Part shown: positions 17,207 to 24,388 of the stretch, piece after piece
Layout of the letters: every line of letters starts with the position of its first letter
Position numbering within the stretch: position 1 is the first letter of the stretch
DNA from: an uncultured Bacilli bacterium
Lineage (GTDB): Bacteria > Bacillota_I > Bacilli_A > RF39 > UBA660
DNA: 34,546 bases
Reading direction: 5' to 3'
NCBI GenBank assembly: GCA_947630415.1
Contig: CANRHM010000002.1
Coordinates: 1-34,546, forward strand
Notes under the pieces: generated by a model
What the model saw: the letters and a program-made list of their open reading frames with translations, nothing else
What the model was told of the DNA's origin: nothing
Databases searched by the model: none
Program-made: the position numbers and the translations under genes

Positions 17207-18277
17207 TTAATTTTTAATTACGATATCGCAATACTTATCGCCCACTATCTCTTTAATACCATCCATTTTAAAAATTGTATTTACAATAAGTGGCAAAAAG
17301 AAAATTAAAACCGCTGCAATAGCACGTTTTACAAAATTGCTAGTAGCTTTCTTTAATGCATCTTGATCATTGGCAATAGTTGCCTTTCCAAAATCTAATA
17401 AACCAAACACAACAAGCAATAAAGGAGCTATAATTTGTATCCAGCCAAAGACCTTACTTATAATGTCTGTAATCTCGCCATATTGTTCATCACAAATAAT
17501 ATCTACTTCTTCTGTGGCACCAAAGTAATTGCTATAATTCGTATTATAAGCAGTAGAAGTTACCACACCTGTAAGATAGCTAACATTATCCTTGTCGTGT
17601 TGAGAAATATCATTACTATTTTGAACCTCTCCATTGAAACTTTTTAACGAATTTTCTAGTTTTTCTAAATCCACTCCATCATTAACTGTATTTTTAAAAT
17701 CGTTAAAATTATTACAACTGGTCCCCAAAGTTTTTTCTTGTCCATTAATCCAATTAACTAGTGCATCTTTACTTTTCAAAAAGGCATCACTTTTTTCATA
17801 AAAATCCGTCAAAGAACATGCACTAAGGCTTGTGCAATTAGCTAAGGAATTAGCATTTGTTTCCAAGGTGCTCTTTAATTCTTTTCCTTTTTCAGAGCCC
17901 CTTCGATTATACATATTGCAAGCTTCATTTTGTTGCTGTTGCTCTTGAGTTATTACTTCTTCCTCTGTAATAGTATGATCTCTTAGATAAGGTGGTTCAG
18001 TTATAAGATGTTCTCGATATCTAAAAGAATAATGAGCCTTACCAGGATTAAAGTTAAAACTTCCTTCATATTTTTTTTCACTTTCTATTTCCTCAAAATG
18101 CTCATCACTAGTAGTCAAAATAAATCCCTCATCAGCTTCTATCGTGCACGTATAATTATTTTCATTAATCTCCTTACATTGAACAGTTATTGCCTTTGCT
18201 TTAATAGGTAATATAAAAAGAATCCCCATTATTAATATTGTAAACATTTGATACTTTAAAAATTGCTTATTTTTCAT
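17207..18277 (-). CDS. Secreted Cys-containing protein with a C-terminal VirB2-like two-TM domain
   Basis: The likely start is the ATG at 18277 (MKNKQFLKYQMFTILIMGILFILPIKAKA signal peptide). The track ORF begins at an upstream TTG. The C-terminal ~85 aa are paralogous to the 119-aa protein at 20426-20785. Confidence 0.7.
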   Translation of the reverse strand: MKNKQFLKYQMFTILIMGILFILPIKAKAITVQCKEINENNYTCTIEADEGFILTTSDEHFEEIESEKKYEGSFNFNPGKAHYSFRYREHLITEPPYLRDHTITEEEVITQEQQQQNEACNMYNRRGSEKGKELKSTLETNANSLANCTSLSACSLTDFYEKSDAFLKSKDALVNWINGQEKTLGTSCNNFNDFKNTVNDGVDLEKLENSLKSFNGEVQNSNDISQHDKDNVSYLTGVVTSTAYNTNYSNYFGATEEVDIICDEQYGEITDIISKVFGWIQIIAPLLLVVFGLLDFGKATIANDQDALKKATSNFVKRAIAAVLIFFLPLIVNTIFKMDGIKEIVGDKYCDIVIKN

Positions 18278-18307
18278 AATCCACCTCAGCAAAATTTCCC
18301 TAATAAC

Positions 18308-18335
18308 ATTATAGCATAAATGAGATGGTTATCAA
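18308..18335 (-). promoter_or_regulatory. Near-consensus promoter for the T4SS core operon
   Basis: On the minus strand, TTGATA (18330-18335), a 16-nt spacer, then TGcTATAAT (18308-18316), about 30 nt upstream of the ATG at 18277. Confidence 0.6.
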
Positions 18336-18369
18336 TCATTTATTTTGCTTTTTTTATCAATTACAACTT

Positions 18370-18395
18370 AAAAAATCCTCTTTCATAAGAGAGGA
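18370..18395 (-). terminator. Intrinsic terminator after the lipoprotein gene
   Basis: Stem TCCTCT / AGAGGA (18376-18381 / 18390-18395), followed on the minus strand by U6 (18370-18375). It lies 6 nt past the stop at 18401. Confidence 0.5.
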
Positions 18396-18400
18396 CTTTC

Positions 18401-19165
18401 TTAAGTTCTGTTTAATACTTTTAAGTATTCTTCTTTATCTTTATTTTCCCAAATACTTGGAATATCTGGTTCTTCTACCGTATCTGTTAAATATTTCGTT
18501 TCAAGGTAATAATTTCCCCAGTTATAAGGAAAACGCCAATCGAAACTAAAATTATAAAATTTCTTACCTGAATCTGTTACTCTTTTGTGTAATTCAAATC
18601 CTAAATGATCTCCATGATATTGAAGTTCTTTTAAAACCCCTGCTTCATATAACTGATCAATATAATGTATTTCTACTAATGTACAATCTTGTAAATCAAC
18701 TTCTTCTCCAGTTAAGTAATCAAAGATAGAAGTTTCTGTATTTTCACCACAATTTACAAGATATACATTATATTCACCTGTCTCTTTTTGGGTAAAAACA
18801 AAGGCCGCTCCTTCTTCAGTGGTAAACTGCATCAAATAATGGTCACCATAATGAGCAGCCGTAACAGAATCAGGTAAAATGGACTCTGAAATACCATAAT
18901 CGATTTCTGTAAAAAGGACTGGTGGCTCAGGAGTCGGTGTTGGTGTAGGAATAGGTGTTGGAGTTGGTGTAGGTGGTACTACCGTAGGAACTGGTGTTGC
19001 AACCGGTTTTGCTTCCACTTTATTTTTTGCTGCGCAGCTTACAAAAGTTAAACTTCCAAGCAATGCTAAACTAATAACTCCTAATCGAATACGATTTTGA
19101 TTGTTTATCGTTTTTTTATTATGTTCTTTTTTTATTTCATCTAAATTATTAGAACTTATTTTCAT
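18401..19165 (-). CDS. Lipoprotein with a Pro/Thr-rich linker (unknown function)
   Basis: The likely start is the ATG at 19165, with a GAGGGGG SD 10 nt upstream. Signal peptide with a lipobox-like LTFVSC, then the linker PVATPVPTVVPPTPTPTPIPTPTPTPEPP and a ~170-aa globular domain. Confidence 0.7.
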   Translation of the reverse strand: MKISSNNLDEIKKEHNKKTINNQNRIRLGVISLALLGSLTFVSCAAKNKVEAKPVATPVPTVVPPTPTPTPIPTPTPTPEPPVLFTEIDYGISESILPDSVTAAHYGDHYLMQFTTEEGAAFVFTQKETGEYNVYLVNCGENTETSIFDYLTGEEVDLQDCTLVEIHYIDQLYEAGVLKELQYHGDHLGFELHKRVTDSGKKFYNFSFDWRFPYNWGNYYLETKYLTDTVEEPDIPSIWENKDKEEYLKVLNRT

Positions 19166-19230
19166 TTTTATTTTCCCCCTCATTTCGCCAGCATATTATA
19201 CTACTTTTTACCATAATTGGATGTTTTTTC

Positions 19231-19260
19231 CATATTTGGTAGAAATTTGAACATATTTGG
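19231..19260. repeat. Direct repeat CATATTTGG x2, spaced 21 bp start to start
   Basis: Copies at 19231-19239 and 19252-19260, in the 97-nt gap between the 365-aa gene stop (19261) and the likely lipoprotein gene start (19165). Confidence 0.5.
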
Positions 19261-20355
19261 TTATTTTATAAGATAAGGATCCTCTAATGTACCAATTCCA
19301 GATTTATATTGAACATTTTGTTGAAGATAAATGACTGGACGTACATCACCAAAAGTAAAAGCATTAACGGGATCTGGAACTCCTCTATTTATAATGTATA
19401 CAAATGAACTAATTCTACTATTTGCCGTAACTGTCCACCATCCTTGTGAAAATATACGCCCTAAATAGTTATAGTTTTGACAAGTTTTACTTTCTGGTTT
19501 ACAAGTGCTATCCAAGCTTGCATTCATAACATCATATGCTGGAATAAGTCCAATAGCTTCATTCTCTAATAATTTACTACATTCGGTACTGCCATCTAAT
19601 GAAGTGGTATCACTATTGCGCATACCAATACAAATCGAATGAGACGCAATCAATTTCTTTTCATTATCTGTAAAGTAATCGTTATAGAAATTGTTTACTG
19701 TCGTACGAATACGGCTTTTCTCATAGTCGTTAATTCCTTCGTTTCCATTCGTATCTACATTGTAACGATCATCCCAAACAGAACGATCAATTTTATCATC
19801 TTGTAATAAAAGCATGATATATCCATCTTTATCAACTTTAATAATACGCCAATCCACGCCTGCAAAATGAAGGATATTTTGTGGTCTTTCTCCACGATAT
19901 ACATATTCGTTGTTAAGTTCATATAAACCACTTTGGTCTTGCGTTAATACACCTAATTGATCTTTAATATGAGCCGTTAATAGCTCTGTTTCATAGGCTT
20001 CCCCACAACTAATGTAAGAAGTATAGTAATATTCTCCACGAGTATTGGTAACGGTAGCAGAACCATTACAAGAAGTGTTCTCATCTTTGGTCATATCTAC
20101 AAACGATTTAATAAGTTCTTCCTGTACTAAAGTAGATGCATCCACCGTTGCCGTTTCTCCATCTTCTTTTGGTAGCAATTCTTTGTGAAGAGCATAATAT
20201 CTTTGTCCAGCTTCAAGTAATCTTTCTTCCATTTGACTATAAGATAAACTACGATTTTGTAATAGGAAGAAAATAGCAACAATCATAATTAATAAGACAA
20301 TTGCTCCAACCACACTTCCTAAAATAATATACATTTTTTTCTTTTTAGAATCCAT
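19261..20355 (-). CDS. Membrane-anchored surface protein, paralog of the 616-aa protein
   Basis: The true start is probably the ATG at 20355 (MDSKKKKMYIILGSVVGAIVLLIMIVAIFFLL) with an AAGAGG SD. The track ORF extends 56 codons upstream across a terminator and into the neighbouring gene. Shares the motifs YY..LPKEDGE, YYYTSYISCG, WRIIKVDKDG, VRPVIYL and a C-terminal GIGTLEDPYLIK with 30570-32420. Confidence 0.75.
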   Translation of the reverse strand: MDSKKKKMYIILGSVVGAIVLLIMIVAIFFLLQNRSLSYSQMEERLLEAGQRYYALHKELLPKEDGETATVDASTLVQEELIKSFVDMTKDENTSCNGSATVTNTRGEYYYTSYISCGEAYETELLTAHIKDQLGVLTQDQSGLYELNNEYVYRGERPQNILHFAGVDWRIIKVDKDGYIMLLLQDDKIDRSVWDDRYNVDTNGNEGINDYEKSRIRTTVNNFYNDYFTDNEKKLIASHSICIGMRNSDTTSLDGSTECSKLLENEAIGLIPAYDVMNASLDSTCKPESKTCQNYNYLGRIFSQGWWTVTANSRISSFVYIINRGVPDPVNAFTFGDVRPVIYLQQNVQYKSGIGTLEDPYLIK

Positions 20356-20379
20356 AAAACATGCCTCTTTTCTTTCTTT

Positions 20380-20388
20380 ATTATAGCA
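20380..20388 (-). promoter_or_regulatory. Extended -10 promoter element (TGcTATAAT) for the 365-aa gene
   Basis: The minus strand reads TGCTATAAT immediately after the terminator U-run, 24 nt upstream of the ATG at 20355. No clear -35. Confidence 0.45.
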
Positions 20389-20418
20389 AAAAAAAAATAT
20401 GGTTACAATAACCATATT
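20388..20418 (-). terminator. Intrinsic terminator after the small VirB2-like gene
   Basis: Perfect 10-bp stem AATATGGTTA / TAACCATATT (20396-20405 / 20409-20418) with a 3-nt loop, followed on the minus strand by a U-run (A10 on the + strand at 20388-20397). It starts 8 nt after the stop codon. The stem is AU-rich, with 2 GC pairs. Confidence 0.6.
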
Positions 20419-20425
20419 CATTTTA

Positions 20426-20785
20426 TTATCCTCTTGTTCCGTCTGTAACATTTGTTCCTGTTGGGTTATTCCAGCAATCACTCCAGTTACCAGTACCTTC
20501 AACACCAGTACCACTTGTTCCAAACATTCCCATTAGAAGTGAAACAATGGTAGAAACGAAGAATACTGCAACAGCCGCAATAGCACGTTTAATTAACTTA
20601 CCAGTAGCAGCCTTGATTTCCTTATCATCACTTGATAAAACAGCTTTTCCTAAATCAATAGATCCCATAACAATTAAGATAATTGGGATACCAATTTGAA
20701 TAATGGGGAAAATACCATTTTTAACAAACGCAACAATAGGACCAATACCATTACAGTTATCTGCTAAAATTTGAAATAAATCCAT
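20426..20785 (-). CDS. VirB2/TrbC-like pilin-like conjugal transfer protein
   Basis: 119 aa. Two TM helices flank a charged loop (GSIDLGKAVLSSDDKEIKAATGKLIKRAIAAV), and the C-terminal tail is Gly/Thr-rich. GGGAGG SD. It has its own promoter and terminator. The architecture is that of VirB2-like subunits of Firmicutes/Mollicutes transfer systems. Confidence 0.6.
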   Translation of the reverse strand: MDLFQILADNCNGIGPIVAFVKNGIFPIIQIGIPIILIVMGSIDLGKAVLSSDDKEIKAATGKLIKRAIAAVAVFFVSTIVSLLMGMFGTSGTGVEGTGNWSDCWNNPTGTNVTDGTRG

Positions 20786-20811
20786 TAAAATACCTCCCTT
20801 TGTATGAATTT

Positions 20812-20840
20812 ATCATACGTTTTTTTTATTTCTTTGTCAA
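20812..20840 (-). promoter_or_regulatory. Near-consensus sigma-A promoter for the VirB2-like gene
   Basis: On the minus strand, TTGACA (20835-20840), a 17-nt spacer, then TATGAT (20812-20817). GGGAGG SD at 20793-20798 and ATG at 20785. Confidence 0.6.
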
Positions 20841-20871
20841 TAACAATTGACAACATTTGTCAATTGTTATT
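20834..20871. promoter_or_regulatory. Overlapping inverted repeats (three TTGTCAAT units), candidate operator/hairpin
   Basis: A perfect 15-bp inverted repeat, AATAACAATTGACAA (20839-20853) / TTGTCAATTGTTATT (20857-20871), with a 3-nt spacer. A second palindrome, TTGTCAAT (20834-20841) / ATTGACAA (20846-20853). Together they cover the -35 box and the stop codon of the TadZ-like gene. Confidence 0.6.
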
Positions 20872-21895
20872 CATTATTTCCACGGAATAAGTTAAAGAGT
20901 CCTCCAGCATGACTTCCGTCATTTTCACTCGGTGCCTCTAAAAGGCCTAATTTAACTAAGAAATCCGTTAAAATTGAATTTTTGATACGTTCATTAAGTG
21001 GGGGTAAATTATAAAAGAACTTTGCTTTTGACTCATATTCCAAATCATTAATATCCGTCTGATTTAACATACTTTGGCAAAGAACCATTTTCTTTCCCCT
21101 CATTTTTTCAAAAATTCTACGATCCCTTTTCATCAATTTATTGAGTCTAATCGTCGAAGGCGAAAGCAAGTAAATGACATCGGTGCAAGCATCTTCTTGA
21201 TTGGAGTCATTTAAGTCCACCAAAATAATGTTTTTATCTTGATGTTTCATGACCTCGGTTGGAAATTGATCCGCATTCGATGAATACATGTCCTTTTCTT
21301 GAAAATATTGAAAATCTCTTTTATTTAATTCGATAGCGGCTACACTTCTACCATGGGATTCAAGTGTTTGCTTTAGCATGTAAATAAGTGTCGTTGCACC
21401 CGTATGATCGGTTAAATTTTTAACTCCTAAGATGACCGTACTATTCATCATGATGATGGTATCTCCTCCCCCACTCATGGTGGGAGTAGCCATTACAGTC
21501 GGTTGAATTTGACCTAGTTGATGAATATGGGCTACATCACGATAACTATTTGGATGAGAATACAAATATTGAAGTCCTTCTAGATTGGTTGTAAAGTTAT
21601 AAAATCCCATCGAAATGAGTTGTGATAAAAAACCATTTGATGTACTATCCGGATCCGTTGGAGGCAATAATAAAATGATCTTATCAACTTCTAACGACAT
21701 CGATAACTTCTGCAAATTGGATAGATTTTTATAATCTTTTATCGCTGTAACATCGAGAATCATTTTCCCAAAATAGAAATTTTGAAACATACTGATTAAT
21801 TCATCTACATCAAATTGTCCATTAAGCGATTTAATGACATCGATATCGAGCCCAGCGACCACCGCCTGCTGTTCATTCGTTATAATTACGTTCAT
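20867..21895 (-). CDS. TadZ/CpaE-like protein (pseudo-receiver N-domain plus ParA/MinD-like domain with a degenerate Walker A)
   Basis: 342 aa. After a ~130-aa N-domain comes VILGVKNLTDHTGATTLIYML, where MinD/ParA proteins have GxKGGxGKTT. The P-loop Lys is missing. It sits within the Tad-like gene set. Confidence 0.5.
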   Translation of the reverse strand: MNVIITNEQQAVVAGLDIDVIKSLNGQFDVDELISMFQNFYFGKMILDVTAIKDYKNLSNLQKLSMSLEVDKIILLLPPTDPDSTSNGFLSQLISMGFYNFTTNLEGLQYLYSHPNSYRDVAHIHQLGQIQPTVMATPTMSGGGDTIIMMNSTVILGVKNLTDHTGATTLIYMLKQTLESHGRSVAAIELNKRDFQYFQEKDMYSSNADQFPTEVMKHQDKNIILVDLNDSNQEDACTDVIYLLSPSTIRLNKLMKRDRRIFEKMRGKKMVLCQSMLNQTDINDLEYESKAKFFYNLPPLNERIKNSILTDFLVKLGLLEAPSENDGSHAGGLFNLFRGNNE

Positions 21896-21913
21896 AAGAT
21901 CACCCTTTTTATT

Positions 21914-22426
21914 CTAATAATTGGTTCCTCCGGAATTATTTAACTCACTATTCGTTCCTGAAGAATAAATCGTTTTCGTTTCTCCGCGTACGGCAAAAAC
22001 ACGAGATAAAGCTGGTAATAGCTTATCTAAAATCGGAAAACGAATTTGTACAAAGGTCTCTACAGCATAGTGAGAACCTATATATTGAGCACCTAGATTT
22101 TGCGTATTATGAGTACCTTCGATAATTCGTTTTAAACAATACCCACCATACTGTTTTTCATAATCGGTATCGCATCTAAATTCATTCGTATTATATCCTA
22201 CTTGGTTCAAGTACTCCTGAATTTGATTACAAGCATTATCGCCGTTTACACATCCACCGTATTGTCCACCGGTAAATCCTTCGTTCTTTTCGATAATACT
22301 AATAATTTCGTTTTTTACACGGAAAGCTTTGGTATAGTTAACCGTAAACGCTAAATAAGCATTTACAATCAACAAAAAGATAATGATAATTTGGATGCTC
22401 ATTGCTCCACCAATCGCTTCTCTCAT
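21914..22426 (-). CDS. TadE-like pseudopilin / minor pilin candidate
   Basis: 170 aa. The N-terminus MREAIGG-AMSIQIIIIFLLIVNAYLAF is a short charged leader, Gly, then a hydrophobic helix. The leader is near-identical to that of the adjacent 58-aa pilin ORF. Confidence 0.5.
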   Translation of the reverse strand: MREAIGGAMSIQIIIIFLLIVNAYLAFTVNYTKAFRVKNEIISIIEKNEGFTGGQYGGCVNGDNACNQIQEYLNQVGYNTNEFRCDTDYEKQYGGYCLKRIIEGTHNTQNLGAQYIGSHYAVETFVQIRFPILDKLLPALSRVFAVRGETKTIYSSGTNSELNNSGGTNY

Positions 22427-22446
22427 ACATTATCACCACTCTTTAA

Positions 22447-22623
22447 TTAATTTGTTTGAGTTTGACCTTGATTTAAATGATAGTCTGAATCGGAAATGTT
22501 ATTCCATTGGTCTTCGATCGTAGTTTGGATTTGTGGCCATAAGATCCAGAAAAATGCAACAATAGCACCAATTGCAATGATCGTAACAACGGTCATATTT
22601 AATTCTCCTGTCGCCTCTTTCAT
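22447..22623 (-). CDS. Flp-like small pilin (ORF absent from the supplied track)
   Basis: My translation gives MKEATGELNMTVVTIIAIGAIVAFFWILWPQIQTTIEDQWNNISDSDYHLNQGQTQTN (58 aa). AAGGAGTG SD at 22632-22639, 8 nt upstream of the ATG at 22623, and a TAA stop at 22447-22449. It lies directly downstream of the TadC-like gene. Confidence 0.6.
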   Translation of the reverse strand: MKEATGELNMTVVTIIAIGAIVAFFWILWPQIQTTIEDQWNNISDSDYHLNQGQTQTN

Positions 22624-22649
22624 TAATTGAACACTCCTTTCTATTATTA

Positions 22650-22678
22650 GTTATAGCACAATTTACTTTATTGTACAA
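22650..22678 (-). promoter_or_regulatory. Candidate promoter for the Flp-like pilin gene
   Basis: On the minus strand, TTGTAC (22673-22678), a 17-nt spacer, then TGcTATAAC (22650-22658), in the 81-nt gap after the TadC-like gene. Confidence 0.45.
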
Positions 22679-22704
22679 CGTCTATTAACAACTACTTTAC
22701 ATTT

Positions 22705-23481
22705 TTAGAACATCATTAACATGGAAACAAGAATTAGAACCATGACGCCTCCACCGGTTGCAACAAGCATGATCATGGTTTGTCCTTCCATGTGGTTTAA
22801 GCGTTCCTTATATTTTTGTTCTCTTGCTTTATTTTGAAGGGAAGAAACGGTTCTTGAGAACATGAGCAAACGTTCTTGTTTTTTCTCTTGTCCACCGATT
22901 CCTAAACGATAAAGAAGCCGCATCATACGCATGGAATCACGTACGGGATAGGTATTCGCAAACTCCATATAAGGATCGATACTGGAATCTCCTGCATCAA
23001 TTCGATCAATTAATGTTCTAAGTCCTGGTTTAAAAATTTCAGGTGCATCTTCAATCGATTTACCAAGGGCTACTGGAACCGTGTAATGCTGTACCAAAAT
23101 TTCTAATCCCTTTAAATAGTATGGCAACATTATATCGATATCATGCAAATGTGCCTTATAATATTTTTTCAATTGACTGTAAGAAGATTTAAAAACTAAA
23201 TATCCTACACCTAGTGACAACACCACCGTTAAAAGGTTTAAATCCGATAAGAAAATAAACAAGAAAATGGCTGCCGTTACAATTCCATATAGAATACGTT
23301 TATTAAAAAGTTCTCTTGGATTTACTTGTTCTCCGTATTTGGCATATACTAAGAATTCGTAATCATCTTCTTTTAACATTTGGAAATATTGTTCATTATC
23401 TTTTACAAACTTTTTTCCATCAATCGTATTGTTATATAAAAGAACAAAAATAATAATCGCTGCTACTATTAGTATTTCCAT
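22705..23481 (-). CDS. TadC-like platform protein (T2SS-F/GspF-fold family)
   Basis: 258 aa with TM helices at both ends. The central region LPYYLKGLEILVQHYTVPVALGKSIEDAPEIFKPGLRTLIDRIDAGDSSIDPYMEFA fits the T2SSF-domain pattern. 1-nt TAATG overlap with the upstream gene. Confidence 0.7.
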   Translation of the reverse strand: MEILIVAAIIIFVLLYNNTIDGKKFVKDNEQYFQMLKEDDYEFLVYAKYGEQVNPRELFNKRILYGIVTAAIFLFIFLSDLNLLTVVLSLGVGYLVFKSSYSQLKKYYKAHLHDIDIMLPYYLKGLEILVQHYTVPVALGKSIEDAPEIFKPGLRTLIDRIDAGDSSIDPYMEFANTYPVRDSMRMMRLLYRLGIGGQEKKQERLLMFSRTVSSLQNKAREQKYKERLNHMEGQTMIMLVATGGGVMVLILVSMLMMF

Positions 23482-24374
23482 TATTCAGCACCTACATTCT
23501 CGTTATAATATTTTTCTCCTTTGAGAAGAAAATAACTATTAAAGATTAAAATTCCATGGAGTAATATTTTCATATACCACAAATCGAGTATTTTTAAATA
23601 GGTTTCATTCCCCAGTAAGTACTGTACCAACATAACCATTAAGTAAAGCATCATACCATATTTTAAGAAAGATTTATGGAAAGAGGCTCGTTCCATTCGG
23701 TCACGATAAACACCTTCAACCAACATATCGATATCGAGCTGCATGTTTTCCAAAGATTCTCCTGAGTCTTGTGCTTCTTCTTTGGTAATTTGTACGAACA
23801 ACTGGTGCATACTTTTCACAATATAGTAATGATAGATGTTATCGAAGTATTGAAGTGATTCATCAATGGAACCATTTTCATAGGCTAGTTCAATCATGTG
23901 GTTGACATCTCCCAAGACAGGATCTTCTAATACTCCAGAAGCCGCAACTCCTTCCAACGCTTTAACGAAACTTTGGGTCGTTGCAAACTCCATAATGGTG
24001 TTGGTGGTATAAATTTGAATTTGCTCGAAAATAAATTCACTATATACTCTTTTACAACGTAAGAAAGCAAGGTAGGGAATCGTAGCATCGACAACGATGA
24101 TGTAAACAATCGAAATTACAATGTTATAGAAATAAAGATACGATACAATTCCTGCAAAAGCCGAGAACATGAGTACTTGTGTGAGGTATTGACGTGCCGT
24201 GTACTCTTGTCCTAACTCTTTGGTCTTCTCTCTTACTAACTTAAAGGAATAAGGAGCGAATTTATCGTATACGAGACCTACTTGGTCGACGATAAAACGA
24301 TAGACATTTTGTCCACGGTAATTACGATAGACGATAACAAAGATAGCAATTAACAGTAAGACAAATAATTCCAT
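23481..24374 (-). CDS. TadB-like platform protein (T2SS-F/GspF-fold family)
   Basis: 297 aa with the same TM-cytoplasmic domain-TM layout. It lies immediately downstream of the CpaF-like ATPase. AAGGAG SD. Confidence 0.65.
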   Translation of the reverse strand: MELFVLLLIAIFVIVYRNYRGQNVYRFIVDQVGLVYDKFAPYSFKLVREKTKELGQEYTARQYLTQVLMFSAFAGIVSYLYFYNIVISIVYIIVVDATIPYLAFLRCKRVYSEFIFEQIQIYTTNTIMEFATTQSFVKALEGVAASGVLEDPVLGDVNHMIELAYENGSIDESLQYFDNIYHYYIVKSMHQLFVQITKEEAQDSGESLENMQLDIDMLVEGVYRDRMERASFHKSFLKYGMMLYLMVMLVQYLLGNETYLKILDLWYMKILLHGILIFNSYFLLKGEKYYNENVGAE

Positions 24375-24388
24375 AGTTTATCACTCCT

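Noticed and set aside
18920-19009. GGTGTTGG/GGTGTAGG-type DNA periodicity resembling a tandem repeat
   Set aside because: It is the coding sequence of the Pro/Thr-rich linker (PTPTPTPIPTPTPTP) of the lipoprotein, so it is a low-complexity coding repeat rather than a regulatory or mobile-element repeat.
20356-20523. N-terminal 56-codon extension of the track ORF 19261-20523
   Set aside because: The extension would run through a 10-bp hairpin/U-run terminator and overlap the 3' end of the VirB2-like gene by 98 nt. The internal ATG at 20355 has an SD and begins a typical basic-plus-TM N-terminus that matches its paralog.
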